Shown: positions 17,508 to 28,559, counted from the first letter of the stretch. The stretch is 64,000 nucleotides of DNA from Calditrichales bacterium (GCA_965267575.1 OZ254086.1:3712001-3776000), one strand, 5' to 3'. A program made the numbers and translations. The notes: generated by a model not told the origin, from the sequence alone.

Positions 17508-20472
17508 TAAGCTGCTGGAACAGCTTGGATTACAAAAGTTTGTTGTTGTGGACCTGGAAACTACCGGACTGGAGCCTGACAAGGACAGGATCATTGAAAT
17601 TGGCGGCATAAAATATATTGATGGAGAAGAGGCCGAAACATTCCAAACACTGATCAACCCTGAAATCCCTATACCCGAGCATATCACCCGTTTGACGGGC
17701 ATTTCCGACAGTGATGTGGCCGGCGCTCCGCTCGTGGAAAGCATCTTTGACGATTTTGAACGTTTCCTTGGAGACGTGCCTTTCGTCGGTCATCAGGTCA
17801 ATTTTGACGCATCTTTTATTGAATATCTTTTTCGCCAGCAAAAAAACGACTTTGACGGTTGGAACGATCGCCTGAACCGCTTTAAATACTTTGGCCGCGT
17901 TCGCCTGGACACATTGTTTCTTTCGCGCATCATGATGCCGTTTATGCCGAGATTGAAGCTGGATTACCTGGCGGGCTACCTGGGTCACGACCTTGAAAAC
18001 GCCCACCGCGCCATCGACGACGCGCGGGCCACCGGTCATGTCTTTCTGGAACTCTTGGACCGGGCGTTGCTGCTGGACAATAGTGTCATCAATGAAATCA
18101 TTCAACTGCTTTTTGCCAATTCCGTAAGGGCAAAATCTTTTTTTGTGCCGCTGCTGAATTTTAAACGCGAGCATAATGTAACAGCGCCCGCGGTTTCCAT
18201 GCTTGACGAGATAAAAAACGCCCAGCAATACTATAATATAATCGGGGAAAAAGAATATAAAAGGACGCAGTTTGAAGATGAAGTCCATTTTGATCCGATT
18301 GACAGTGGACACGTGGCCGGATTTTTTGATAGCGGTGGTGCCTTATCGCGCGTGATTGAACGTTATGAAAGTCGGCCGGAACAGCAGGAAATGAGTAAGC
18401 TCATCGCCGACGCCATAAATGACGGAGTTTTTTCGGTTAATGAAGCCGGTACGGGCACGGGCAAATCAATGGCTTATATGATGCCCGCGATTGAATGGGC
18501 TGTTAAAAACAGGGAAGCCGCCGAACGGGTGGTGATTTCCACCAATACAAAAAACCTGCAGGAGCAGCTATTTTACAAGGATCTGCCGACTGTTTTCGCT
18601 TCACGGGGAGGCGATTTTAAAGCTGTTTTGCTGAAGGGTCGTTCCAATTACCTCTGTCTTGACAAGTGGAAAACCGTGATGACGGATATGAACCAGCGTC
18701 TCTCGCAGGACGAACGTTCACGGATCTTGCCGCTCGTCTTGTGGGCGCGCCAGACCCGTACCGGTGACATTGCCGAAAACGCTGCGTTCCAGCTGGAAAA
18801 CAATCGTGGTTTATGGCAAAAATTTGTTGCCGAACCCTCCTATTGTCCGGGAAAAGCGTGCAAACTGTACAATGAATGTTACCTGATGAAAGCCCGTGAT
18901 AACGCGCGTCGCGCTGATGTTGTTGTGGTTAACCATGCATTGCTTTTTTCCGATCTGGCATCGGACCATTCTATTTTGGGTGAGTTTTCAAACCTGGTGA
19001 TCGACGAGGCGCATAATGTGGAAAAAACAGCAGCCGAACATCTTGGTGTGCGTGTCAGCTTCTGGACATTCCGCAATATTTATCACCGCTTGTATGAAGA
19101 AGATCCGCGCAAAACGGGAACGATCCTGCAGTTGGAATACCGCATGTCCCAGGGTCAGTTAAGCAGCGCCGAACGTAACGATTTGCTGGACCTCTCGGGC
19201 CGCATCAAATCCAACAGCATGCGCCTGAAGCACAATACGACAAAATTCTACAATGAATTTAACCGCTATATGCGCGAGCTGCAGGAAAAGAAATCCGGCA
19301 AGCAAAACGGCGACGGGCAAAAGATCCGATATGACGGCAATTTCCGTTATTTTGTAGAACACGATGACGAGATCGTTGATCTGAAGAAAAACCTGACCGT
19401 ACTGGCGAGGCAAATCGGCGAGTTAAACGATCTGCTGCGCGACCTGGAAGGCCAGCGTTTTGAATTCCAGGACCAGATACACCGCGAGTTGATGGCCCTG
19501 GAACAGGACGTCCTGGAATTGTACCGGGCCTTCAAGTTCTGCCTTAACGCAGAGGAACCGAAATTTGTTTTCTGGTTTGAGATACCCTTTAGCGACCGCA
19601 ACGTGGATGTGATGATAAATGCCGTGCCGCTCAACATATCGCAATTGCTGAAGGAGCGGCTTTTTGACCAGTTGCGTTCTGCTGTCCTGACCTCCGCAAC
19701 GCTTTCTGTTAATAAGAATTTTAATTATTTCAACAACCGCATCGGCCTGGATTTGCTGGAACCAGACCGTGTCCAGGGCTCCATTCATGGTTCACCGTTC
19801 GACTATAAAAGCCAACTTTTCTTTGGTGTTACCGACTTTATGCCCGATCCGCGCAACAGCGAATTTTCTGCCAGGCTGATGACATTCATAAAAAACCTTC
19901 ATACGCAGCAAAAACGTGGTACAATGGTGCTTTTTACCAGCTATGCCATGCTCAACTTTGTTTACGATCGCATAAAAGACCACTGTGCCGCAGAACAGAT
20001 ACTTTTGCTGGCCCAGGGCAAAAGCGGCAGCCGCACCAATATCATTACGCAGTTCAAAGAAAATCGCGATGCCATTTTGCTAGGTACCGACAGCTTCTGG
20101 GAAGGTGTAGATATCCCCGGCGAGGCCTTGCAAATCCTGATCATCCCGAAGCTGCCGTTTGATGTGCCCACGGAGCCGGTGATTGCCGCGCGCATGGAGG
20201 AGATCAAGGAGCGCGGCGGGAACGCTTTTTTTGAATATTCCGTGCCGGAGGCTGTGATAAAATTCCGCCAGGGATTTGGCCGGCTGATCCGCAATAAATC
20301 GGACTACGGCGCCGTATTTGTCTGCGATAACCGCCTTAGCCGAATGCGCTATGGTCAGGATTTTCTAAACAGTCTGCCGGTTAGCGCAAATATTTACAGC
20401 TCCGAACAGGATCTTATTGATGAGTTAAGCGCCTGGTTTGAAGAGCGCGAAAGGATCGGTCACGATGCCTGA
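17494..20472 (+). CDS. dinG: DnaQ exonuclease-DinG helicase fusion
   Basis: VVDLETTG, HRAIDDA exonuclease; EAGTGTGKS, DEAH, TSATL, FWEGVD, QGFGRLIR. Confidence 0.92.
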   Translation: MELRNKLLEQLGLQKFVVVDLETTGLEPDKDRIIEIGGIKYIDGEEAETFQTLINPEIPIPEHITRLTGISDSDVAGAPLVESIFDDFERFLGDVPFVGHQVNFDASFIEYLFRQQKNDFDGWNDRLNRFKYFGRVRLDTLFLSRIMMPFMPRLKLDYLAGYLGHDLENAHRAIDDARATGHVFLELLDRALLLDNSVINEIIQLLFANSVRAKSFFVPLLNFKREHNVTAPAVSMLDEIKNAQQYYNIIGEKEYKRTQFEDEVHFDPIDSGHVAGFFDSGGALSRVIERYESRPEQQEMSKLIADAINDGVFSVNEAGTGTGKSMAYMMPAIEWAVKNREAAERVVISTNTKNLQEQLFYKDLPTVFASRGGDFKAVLLKGRSNYLCLDKWKTVMTDMNQRLSQDERSRILPLVLWARQTRTGDIAENAAFQLENNRGLWQKFVAEPSYCPGKACKLYNECYLMKARDNARRADVVVVNHALLFSDLASDHSILGEFSNLVIDEAHNVEKTAAEHLGVRVSFWTFRNIYHRLYEEDPRKTGTILQLEYRMSQGQLSSAERNDLLDLSGRIKSNSMRLKHNTTKFYNEFNRYMRELQEKKSGKQNGDGQKIRYDGNFRYFVEHDDEIVDLKKNLTVLARQIGELNDLLRDLEGQRFEFQDQIHRELMALEQDVLELYRAFKFCLNAEEPKFVFWFEIPFSDRNVDVMINAVPLNISQLLKERLFDQLRSAVLTSATLSVNKNFNYFNNRIGLDLLEPDRVQGSIHGSPFDYKSQLFFGVTDFMPDPRNSEFSARLMTFIKNLHTQQKRGTMVLFTSYAMLNFVYDRIKDHCAAEQILLLAQGKSGSRTNIITQFKENRDAILLGTDSFWEGVDIPGEALQILIIPKLPFDVPTEPVIAARMEEIKERGGNAFFEYSVPEAVIKFRQGFGRLIRNKSDYGAVFVCDNRLSRMRYGQDFLNSLPVSANIYSSEQDLIDELSAWFEERERIGHDA

Positions 20473-22015
20473 AAAAGTTTTGACGATTGGAGACCAGGAC
20501 CTTTCCATTGAAGACCTGCATGGTTTCCTGAAACACGGCCCGCGCGTTGTTTTAAGCGACGGTGTGCGCGAAAAAATTGAAAAAAGCAGGGCGATCGTTT
20601 CAGACATCGTTGAAAAGGAGCAGACGGTTTACGGCATTAATACCGGTTTTGGTAAGTTCGCCGACGTGCGCATCAAACGCGAGCAAACGCGCGATTTACA
20701 GCGGCGTCTTGTGCTGAGCCACGCTGCAGGTGTCGGTGAGCCTTTCTCTGATGACGTCGTGCGGCTGATGATGCTGCTAAAAATACGCAACCTGGCACAG
20801 GGTTACAGCGGCGCGCGCATTGAGCTGGTGGAATTGCTGCTAAGCTGCCTTAATCATGACATTTTGCCGATCGTGCCCAGCAAGGGGTCTGTCGGCGCCA
20901 GTGGTGATCTGGCGCCACTGGCACATATGGCGCTTTTGCTAATCGGGGAAGGGGAGTGCCGCGCGCCCATGAATGGCAGGCATAAAACAGTTCCTGCGAA
21001 AGAAGGACTGGCGCATTTCGGATTACAGCCCGTTACGCTAATGGAAAAAGAAGGTCTGGCCCTGCTTAACGGGACACAGGCCATACAGGCATGCGGGATT
21101 CTGGCAATTATAAAAGCCCGCAATTATCTGAAAGCGGCGGATATTATCGGAGCCGCCAGCCTCGAAGGCCTGCACGGCACACTAACTGCATTTGACGAAC
21201 GTATTCAGCAGATTCGCCGCCAGCCGGGACAGGAAGCGGTAGCGCGGAACGTGCGGCAGATTCTCTCCGGAAGCCCGATCGTCGCCTCGCACAAGCATTC
21301 TGACCACCGCGTGCAGGACGCATACAGTTTGCGCTGCATACCGCAGGTACACGGAGCGGTGCGGGACGGCCTCAAGCATGTAAGCGAAGTGTTCGAGCGC
21401 GAAATGAACGGCGTAACCGATAACCCGCTCGTGTTTCCGGACAATGGCGATGTGATCTCCGGCGGCAATTTCCACGGCGAGCCGGTGGCCATGGCAGCAG
21501 ACTATTTATCGATTCTTCTTTGCGAGCTGGCCAACATATCCGAGCGCCGCATTGAGCACATGATGGATCCATCGATGAGCGAGCTTGCCGGATTTTTGAC
21601 ACACGAAGGCGGCCTCAACTCCGGCTTTATGATCGCACAGGTGACGGCTGCCGCGTTGGTTTCAGAGAACAAGGTGCTGGCTCATCCCGCCAGCGTGGAT
21701 TCCATTCCTACATCGGCCAACAAGGAAGACCATGTCAGCATGGGCACACATGCGGCGCGTAAAGCATTGGAGATCGTTTCTAACGCCGGCTATGTTTTGG
21801 CGATTGAATTGCTCTGTGCCTGCCAGTCACTGGATATGCGCGCACCCGTAAAGCCATCGGCGGCAACATCGGCATTGCTGGATTTGGTACGCAAAAAGAT
21901 TGCCCATTGGGATGAAGACCGCCTGATGCATCCGGACATTGAAGAAGCGCGGCGGATGATTGACAAAGGTTTGGTCGTTAAAACAGTGCAAAAGGTTTGC
22001 GGTCCGCTGTCCTGA
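20465..22015 (+). CDS. hutH: Histidine ammonia-lyase
   Basis: YGINTGFG, GSVGASGDLAPL (MIO), QDAYSLRC, GGNFHG, EDHVSMG. Confidence 0.95.
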   Translation: MPEKVLTIGDQDLSIEDLHGFLKHGPRVVLSDGVREKIEKSRAIVSDIVEKEQTVYGINTGFGKFADVRIKREQTRDLQRRLVLSHAAGVGEPFSDDVVRLMMLLKIRNLAQGYSGARIELVELLLSCLNHDILPIVPSKGSVGASGDLAPLAHMALLLIGEGECRAPMNGRHKTVPAKEGLAHFGLQPVTLMEKEGLALLNGTQAIQACGILAIIKARNYLKAADIIGAASLEGLHGTLTAFDERIQQIRRQPGQEAVARNVRQILSGSPIVASHKHSDHRVQDAYSLRCIPQVHGAVRDGLKHVSEVFEREMNGVTDNPLVFPDNGDVISGGNFHGEPVAMAADYLSILLCELANISERRIEHMMDPSMSELAGFLTHEGGLNSGFMIAQVTAAALVSENKVLAHPASVDSIPTSANKEDHVSMGTHAARKALEIVSNAGYVLAIELLCACQSLDMRAPVKPSAATSALLDLVRKKIAHWDEDRLMHPDIEEARRMIDKGLVVKTVQKVCGPLS

Positions 22016-22028
22016 GCGAATATCCGCC

Positions 22029-22057
22029 TTGAACTCAAAATTTTGGATGGCTAAATT
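22029..22057 (+). promoter_or_regulatory. Putative sigma70-type promoter for rpiB-guaB-mce
   Basis: TTGAAC-N17-TAAATT. Confidence 0.5.
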
Positions 22058-22085
22058 ACTCTAATTTACACAAAAGGAAAAAGCC

Positions 22086-22733
22086 GTGAAGCGACTGATA
22101 CGTGAAGAAGAAGTTCGTGAAGCCGCAAAAGGCCAAAAGAAAGTTTTTGTTGACACGGAGACTGTGATCACCCCGGCCGCCCGCGATGCCGCAGCGCAGC
22201 TTGGCGTCGTTTTTGATGACGGCTCATCCGCTTACGCGCCTTCCCCGGCCTTAACGCGCGTCGTGCAAAGTACAACAGTGCATAAAGTGGCGATTGCTTC
22301 GGACCACGGCGGTTTTTATTTGAAAGAAGAACTGAAAACAATCCTGCGTGAAAAAGAATTTATGGTTATCGACCTGGGCCCGATGAACGCCAACAGCTGT
22401 GATTACCCGGATTACGCCTTCAAAGTGGCGCAAATGGTTTCTGAGGCGGGAGCAGACCGCGGCATTATTATCGACAGCGTGGGTATTGGTTCGGCCATGG
22501 CTGCCAACAAAGTGCCGGGCGTTCTGGCCGCCAAATGCAACAACGTCACGGAAGCCGCCAGCGCCCGCGAACACAATTATGCCAATGTACTGACCCTTGG
22601 CGCTAAAATAATCGGTAGCACCATGGCCCGAGACACCGTTCTGGCATTTCTCAATACCAAAGGCGGGGAAGAGCGTCATCAGCGTCGCGTGGCCAAAATT
22701 CTGGATTATGAAACCAAAAAGGATAAGAAGTGA
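22086..22733 (+). CDS. rpiB: RpiB/LacAB-family sugar-phosphate isomerase with N-terminal extra module
   Basis: ASDHGG, DYPD, AANKVPG, REHNYAN, RHQRR; GTG start with AAGGA RBS. Confidence 0.85.
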   Translation: MKRLIREEEVREAAKGQKKVFVDTETVITPAARDAAAQLGVVFDDGSSAYAPSPALTRVVQSTTVHKVAIASDHGGFYLKEELKTILREKEFMVIDLGPMNANSCDYPDYAFKVAQMVSEAGADRGIIIDSVGIGSAMAANKVPGVLAAKCNNVTEAASAREHNYANVLTLGAKIIGSTMARDTVLAFLNTKGGEERHQRRVAKILDYETKKDKK

Positions 22734-24190
22734 GTTCAAAAGTAATTTCCGAAGGTTTGACCTTTGATGACGTTTTGCTGCTGCCTGCGCACAGCAAAGT
22801 GCTTCCGAACCAGGTCGATCCGTCAACACGCCTGGCGCGTGGCATCAATTTGAATATCCCGATTCTCTCGGCGGCAATGGATACGGTCACCGAGCAGGAT
22901 CTGGCCATCGCCCTTGCGCGTGAAGGCGGCATGGGTATTATCCATAAAAACATGGCCGTCGAGAAGCAGGCCGAGCAGGTCGATCGCGTGAAGCGTTCTG
23001 AAAGCGGGATGATTTTTAAGCCCGTTACGCTGGGCCCGGATAACACCCTTCAGGACGCCATAAGCCTGATGCAGCGCTATAGTATTTCCGGCATCCCGAT
23101 CGTTAAGTCGGGCAAGCTTGTCGGTATTCTGACCAACCGGGACATCCGCTTTGTTGACGATTTCAGCCAGCCCATACACCTTTTTATGACAAGCCGTAAC
23201 CTGGTCACCGCCAAAATGGGGATCTCGCTGGAAGAGGCGGAAAAAATCCTGCAAAAGCACCGCATAGAAAAACTGCTTATCGTGGACGACAAAGACGAGC
23301 TAAAAGGCCTGATCACGGTAAAGGACATTCAAAAGAAAAAAATGTATCCCAACGCCTGCAAGGATGAGAAGGGCAGACTGCGGGTTGGCGCCGCCACAGG
23401 CGTTGGCAAAAACGGCCTCAAAAGGGCCGCTGCGCTGATCGAAGCGCATGCTGACATCATTGTCATCGACACGGCGCACGGCCACTCCCAGGGGGTTCTG
23501 GATACGGCCAAAGAATTTAAAAAGCAGTATCCCGATACGCCGCTGATTGCCGGCAATATCGCCACCTACGACGCCGCAATCGACCTGATCAATGCCGGTG
23601 TTGATGCCCTGAAGGTTGGTATCGGACCCGGCTCGATTTGCACCACGCGCGTTGTTACCGGTGTGGGTGTACCCCAGATCTATGCCATAAGCGAAGTGGC
23701 ACGCGCGGTTGAGGGAAAGGATATACCCCTGATCGCCGATGGTGGCATTAAATATTCCGGCGATGTGGCCAAAGCCATTGTTGCCGGTGCAGATTGTGTG
23801 ATGATTGGCGGCCTGTTCGCAGGCACCGACGAGAGCCCCGGGGAAGTAATCCTGCTCGATGGCCGTAGTTATAAATCCGTGCGTGGCATGGGCTCGCTGG
23901 GCGCCATGGCGCAGGGCAGCAAAGATCGCTATTTCCAGGAAGGCCTGGCCGTGGACAAGCTTGTTCCCGAAGGCATCGAAGGGCGTGTGCCGTATCGCGG
24001 TCCCTTACGCAATACGGTATTTCAAATGGTAGGGGGACTGCGTTCCGCGATGGGTTATACGGGCTGTGCCAATATCGGTGAGCTAAAAACCAAGGCGCGT
24101 TTTGTACGTATCAGTCCCGCCGGCCTGCAGGAAAGCCACCCCCACGATGTGATCATCACGAAAGAATCGCCTAATTACAGAATGCGATAA
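22730..24190 (+). CDS. guaB: IMP dehydrogenase
   Basis: [40 protein letters not shown]. Confidence 0.98.
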   Translation: MSSKVISEGLTFDDVLLLPAHSKVLPNQVDPSTRLARGINLNIPILSAAMDTVTEQDLAIALAREGGMGIIHKNMAVEKQAEQVDRVKRSESGMIFKPVTLGPDNTLQDAISLMQRYSISGIPIVKSGKLVGILTNRDIRFVDDFSQPIHLFMTSRNLVTAKMGISLEEAEKILQKHRIEKLLIVDDKDELKGLITVKDIQKKKMYPNACKDEKGRLRVGAATGVGKNGLKRAAALIEAHADIIVIDTAHGHSQGVLDTAKEFKKQYPDTPLIAGNIATYDAAIDLINAGVDALKVGIGPGSICTTRVVTGVGVPQIYAISEVARAVEGKDIPLIADGGIKYSGDVAKAIVAGADCVMIGGLFAGTDESPGEVILLDGRSYKSVRGMGSLGAMAQGSKDRYFQEGLAVDKLVPEGIEGRVPYRGPLRNTVFQMVGGLRSAMGYTGCANIGELKTKARFVRISPAGLQESHPHDVIITKESPNYRMR

Positions 24191-24199
24191 GGAGCGGAT

Positions 24200-24607
24200 A
24201 TGTTAAAGCAGATCGACCATATAGGAATTGCCGTACCCAACCTGAAAGACGTCGCCGAAACATTGAAAGAAGCCTTTGAAATGGAGCCGGTTTTTAGTGA
24301 AGAAGTGCCGGACCAGAAAGTAAAAGTAATCGGTTATCATGTTGGTGAATCGAGCATAGAATACCTTGAGCCTACCGCCGATGATTCCCCCATTTCGCGC
24401 TATATTGCCAAAAACGGCTCGGGATTGCATCACATTGCTTACCGCGTGGACGACCTTGAAGCAACTCTCAGCAAACTTCAGTCTAAAGGATTTCGATTGA
24501 TTGACGAAAAGCCACGTGACGGTGCGGAAGGAAAACGCATTGCTTTTCTGCATCCAAAAAGCAGCAATGGCATTCTGATAGAATTGTGCGAAACCAAGGG
24601 GGAGTAA
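24200..24607 (+). CDS. mce: Methylmalonyl-CoA epimerase
   Basis: IDHIGIAV, GLHHIAY, FLHPKSSNGILIEL. Confidence 0.92.
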   Translation: MLKQIDHIGIAVPNLKDVAETLKEAFEMEPVFSEEVPDQKVKVIGYHVGESSIEYLEPTADDSPISRYIAKNGSGLHHIAYRVDDLEATLSKLQSKGFRLIDEKPRDGAEGKRIAFLHPKSSNGILIELCETKGE

Positions 24608-24613
24608 ACTCGA

Positions 24614-25276
24614 TTGTCTTCTACAAACTACAAATTACTGATTGAAAAATTCGGCTACCGTGCCGCCTTTAAAGTTTTGCGCTATTCGCTCTGGAACAAG
24701 CTTGGTTTTTACAAGGAATTACAGGGCATGACTGTCACTATGGAAACCCTTGATCCATCGTATCTGGAAGGCCCGGAAAGCTACGAGTACCGCTTCTTAG
24801 CCGAAAACGAACTGCGGGAGATGGCAAAAGACGGAACGCAGGGTATTTCAGATTCCTTCCTCGACCGTGTGCTCCCTAAAGGAGACACCTGTTTTGCAAT
24901 AATAGACGGCGACAAGGTGGTTAGTTACGGCTGGTATTCCGACCAGCCAACGCACATAACACCACAGCTTGTGCTTTACTTCGATAAATCGTGGATCTAC
25001 ATGTACAAGGGTTACACGATGAATGAATACCGCGGTCAGCGCCTGCATGCTATCGGCATGGCCCGGGCGTTGCAGGCCTTTACGCAGAAAGGCTATAAAG
25101 GCATTATTTCCTACGTGGAGACCAGCAATTTCCCGTCACTTCGCTCCTGTGACCGCATGGGTTACAAAAACTTCGGTCGCGTAAAGATCAAGAAAATAAC
25201 CGGCGATTTTTCCATAAAAACTCAGTCGGCATGCGGGCCTTTTGGCTTTACGGTCAAACTCGCCGGTAGAGACTGA
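24614..25276 (+). CDS. GNAT-family acetyltransferase-like protein
   Basis: YTMNEYRGQRL motif A, NFPSLR...MGY; TTG start. Confidence 0.65.
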   Translation: MSSTNYKLLIEKFGYRAAFKVLRYSLWNKLGFYKELQGMTVTMETLDPSYLEGPESYEYRFLAENELREMAKDGTQGISDSFLDRVLPKGDTCFAIIDGDKVVSYGWYSDQPTHITPQLVLYFDKSWIYMYKGYTMNEYRGQRLHAIGMARALQAFTQKGYKGIISYVETSNFPSLRSCDRMGYKNFGRVKIKKITGDFSIKTQSACGPFGFTVKLAGRD

Positions 25277-25378
25277 TCTAAAACGATTCGTTTCCTGCCT
25301 GTAACAGCTGTTCCTCTAAACAAAAATTCTTTTAAGTCGTTAATTTTCAACATAAAAGAAACTGCATTTGGAGGAAAA

Positions 25379-25804
25379 ATGAAACGCACTTTGATAATCT
25401 CAGCCTTATATTTTTTATTTTTTCCGCTTATATTGTCCGCTCAGGATGGTCAGGAAATAAGCGAACAGCAAAACCGTGTTTATTATTATCTTGACTGCGG
25501 CAGCTTTTGTAAGCCGGACAGCGCCATGGAATACGGTAAATACTGGTTTATTAGTGACACGGTTTACGCCGCCATGCCCGATAGCATGGAAAACGAAGTA
25601 GATAAATTTAAAGAAGAGCTTAAAATATTCTCCAACCACACAACGATCGGTAAAAACGTGGTACTGCGTTATGAACAATCTGCGCAAGCTGCCATTGACG
25701 CGCGCAAAGAAAAGATTGAAAAAATGCGTGGCAGGCATTACGAGATCATTGAGATTAAATACCGGCCGTTTTCAATTGGAAAGAATACGCTAACCCAGGA
25801 ATGA
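25379..25804 (+). CDS. Hypothetical secreted protein
   Basis: GGAGG RBS; signal peptide ending LSA-Q; CGSFC motif. Confidence 0.65.
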   Translation: MKRTLIISALYFLFFPLILSAQDGQEISEQQNRVYYYLDCGSFCKPDSAMEYGKYWFISDTVYAAMPDSMENEVDKFKEELKIFSNHTTIGKNVVLRYEQSAQAAIDARKEKIEKMRGRHYEIIEIKYRPFSIGKNTLTQE

Positions 25805-27627
25805 CATTACAAGAAAAGCTGGATAATCTGCCTGCCAAACCCGGTTGCTACTTGTTTAAGGACGCGTCCGGAGAAACGCTCTACGTTGGCAAGGCAGCTA
25901 TTCTTCGTACACGTGTACGATCTTATTTTCAAAAATCACGACCACTCGAACCACGCCTGAACGCCCTTGTTAAGCGCATTCGCGATGTGGAAATATTTGT
26001 GACGGATAACGAGATTGAAGCGCTTATCCTTGAAAACAATCTCATAAAAGACCGCAAGCCGCGCTTTAACGTTAACCTGAAAGACGACAAGAGTTACCCT
26101 TATATCCGCATTACCAACGAGGATTTCCCCCAGGTTTTTGTAACGCGCAAAATTATCCGCGACGGCTCTGAATATTATGGCCCTTATACAGACGTCAAAA
26201 ACCTGCGTTTTACGCTAAAAACACTGCAGCGCCTTTTCCATATCCGCTCCTGCCGCTATGATTTGAATGCCGAAGTCGTCGCGAAAAAGAGTGTAGCGCT
26301 TTGCCTGGACTATTATATCAATAAATGCAAGGGGCCCTGTCAGGGATTGTTCTCAAAAGCGCAATATGCTTTGGTCATAGATAAAGTGCGCCGTTTCCTT
26401 AAGGGCAAAACGGACGGAATCGTGAGCGATCTGAAGGTGGAAATGGCGCAACAATCGCAGCAACTGGAATTTGAGGAGGCCGCGCGGACGCGCGATAAGC
26501 TGCAGGCACTGGAAGCGTACCGTAATAACCAAAAAATGGTGCAAAGCGATGAACGTGACCGTGATGTTATTGCGCTGAAGAAAGAAGACGATGACGCCTG
26601 TGTGGTGCTGGTAAAAATCCGTGATGGCAAAATTCTTGGACGCATACACCGTTATATAAAAAAGGCTGAGTGGCACAGTGAAGAGCAGTTGCTGGAATCA
26701 TTTCTGAGCGACTATTATCTGGAGGCAGGCGATATACCGCAGGACATTTTGTTGCAGCGGGATGTGGAAGAGAGTGCGACAGTGGCGCAGCTTTTGACGG
26801 AGCGTTCCGGGCATAAGGTTAATATACATGTGCCGCAGATCGGCGATAAGAAAAAACTGGTTGACCTGACCCAAAAAAATGCCGGCTACCTGTTGGAAGA
26901 GCTGAAGATCCAGCGCCTGAAAGCTAAGGATTATGTACCGCACTCCCTGCAGGCTCTGCAGCGCGATCTGCGTCTGCCGACCGTTCCCCGCCATATAGAG
27001 TGCTTTGATATCTCTAATATCCAGGGCAGCGATCCCGTGGCATCCATGGTCTGTTTTATCGATGGAAAGCCCCGGAAGTCGGAATACAGGCGCTTTAACA
27101 TTCGCAGCAAAAACACGCCCGATGATTTTGCCATGATGCGCGAAGCGATTGAGAGGCGCTATTCGCGTGTTGTCAAAGAGCAGAAAGATATGCCAGACCT
27201 TATTGTTATTGACGGCGGTAAAGGTCAGCTCTCTAGTGCCAGCGCCGTGTTGACCAGGCTTGGGCTGGGCGATCAACCGGTAATCGGCTTGGCCAAAAAG
27301 CTTGAAGAGATCTTTTTTCCCGGTGTAAGCGACGCGCAAATGTTGCCTAAAACATCGTCATCTCTCAGGCTGATACAACAGGTACGCGACGAGGCCCACC
27401 GCTTTGCCGTAAAAGGCCATCGCCAGCGCCGCTCTGGACGCACACTGGTATCTCAACTGGACAGCATTGAGGGGATCGGTTTGCAGAGGCGCAACAAGCT
27501 TTTGAAAGAGTTTGGTTCCATAAAGGCCATACGCGAGCTTTCCATCAAAGAACTGGTTGAACGCGGCCGCCTGCCAGAACGCGTCGCCCAGAACGTATTC
27601 GAGCATTTCCATGCCCAGGACGCCTGA
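25801..27627 (+). CDS. uvrC: Excinuclease ABC subunit C
   Basis: GIY-YIG (PGCYLF, YVGKA), ECFDISN, IDGGKGQ, RDEAHRFA, HhH. Confidence 0.97.
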   Translation: MTLQEKLDNLPAKPGCYLFKDASGETLYVGKAAILRTRVRSYFQKSRPLEPRLNALVKRIRDVEIFVTDNEIEALILENNLIKDRKPRFNVNLKDDKSYPYIRITNEDFPQVFVTRKIIRDGSEYYGPYTDVKNLRFTLKTLQRLFHIRSCRYDLNAEVVAKKSVALCLDYYINKCKGPCQGLFSKAQYALVIDKVRRFLKGKTDGIVSDLKVEMAQQSQQLEFEEAARTRDKLQALEAYRNNQKMVQSDERDRDVIALKKEDDDACVVLVKIRDGKILGRIHRYIKKAEWHSEEQLLESFLSDYYLEAGDIPQDILLQRDVEESATVAQLLTERSGHKVNIHVPQIGDKKKLVDLTQKNAGYLLEELKIQRLKAKDYVPHSLQALQRDLRLPTVPRHIECFDISNIQGSDPVASMVCFIDGKPRKSEYRRFNIRSKNTPDDFAMMREAIERRYSRVVKEQKDMPDLIVIDGGKGQLSSASAVLTRLGLGDQPVIGLAKKLEEIFFPGVSDAQMLPKTSSSLRLIQQVRDEAHRFAVKGHRQRRSGRTLVSQLDSIEGIGLQRRNKLLKEFGSIKAIRELSIKELVERGRLPERVAQNVFEHFHAQDA

Positions 27628-28147
27628 TACACCCCCGGTAATTAGCGCATTGGGACAATTGCAGCAAGTGCTGGTTTTTTGCGAAGAACTACTTATTAGT
27701 CACCAGATCTCCCTGATGCATAAACAGCCGGAAAAGGCTTTGCTGTATTTTGAACAGCTCTATGAAACACGGCGATTGCACCTCAATCACCTGGAAAATC
27801 ACTGGATACCGTATTATGAATCTTCGTTCCCAAAACTCCCAAAGGGCGGCAAGCCCATCTACTTCCGTCGTGAACGCAAGCTGATCCTGAAGCACACGGA
27901 AAAATATGTGCGATTGTTTTCTCGCTTCGTGCAAAATCCCGGCGCCATCAAGCTGGATCTTCCGCGATTGTTTGAAGAATACATGTTCCTGAAAGATTTG
28001 CTGGATCATCATGACGCACGTGAAACTAAGATCCTGCTACCATTCCTTGATAAAAACGGCGCAAAGTATGTTTTGGAAAGGTTCATGGAAGAATACAATC
28101 GCGATATGAAGCTTTTGTGGCGCAGATGGGAAGGCATTGATGTATAA
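27611..28147 (+). CDS. Hemerythrin-like helical-bundle protein
   Basis: SHQ, LHLNHLE, DHHDARE..LLP patterns similar to HxxxE repeats. Confidence 0.55.
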   Translation: MPRTPDTPPVISALGQLQQVLVFCEELLISHQISLMHKQPEKALLYFEQLYETRRLHLNHLENHWIPYYESSFPKLPKGGKPIYFRRERKLILKHTEKYVRLFSRFVQNPGAIKLDLPRLFEEYMFLKDLLDHHDARETKILLPFLDKNGAKYVLERFMEEYNRDMKLLWRRWEGIDV

Positions 28148-28511
28148 GACTCACGCCGCTGCCCGTAAGTGGGAAATATTACTTAAATCGCTGAAAAACG
28201 GTCAGCGTGAAATGCTTGATCTAAAGCCGGACAGCGCCGGAATAATATTTGACGAAGCTTTTGGTGTAATGACAAAACTTTGTCATGAGGGCATCGAAAG
28301 CCTGGGAATTGCCGAACGCAACACAGCAGATTTTCTTTTGAGCAGCCAGCTTAAACTTATTCAAAAAACGGCACGCCCTCTTTACCAGACAATCGAAAAA
28401 CTGCCCCAATTGTCCGAGCGCGAAATTCTTATACTTTTTGAAAAGCAGGTGCGCCTTACAAAGATTATTCGTAAACATATCGATACGCTGGATAATACTT
28501 TATCGTTGTAG
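28137..28511 (+). CDS. Hypothetical helical protein, possible degenerate paralog of the upstream gene
   Basis: ILFEKQVRLTKIIRKH resembles RLFEEYMFLKDLLDHH. Confidence 0.5.
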   Translation: MMYKTHAAARKWEILLKSLKNGQREMLDLKPDSAGIIFDEAFGVMTKLCHEGIESLGIAERNTADFLLSSQLKLIQKTARPLYQTIEKLPQLSEREILILFEKQVRLTKIIRKHIDTLDNTLSL

Positions 28512-28559
28512 CTTTTGGCCGGGAGCAGCCAGGATTACTGCCAAAACAATTCTTCCTGA

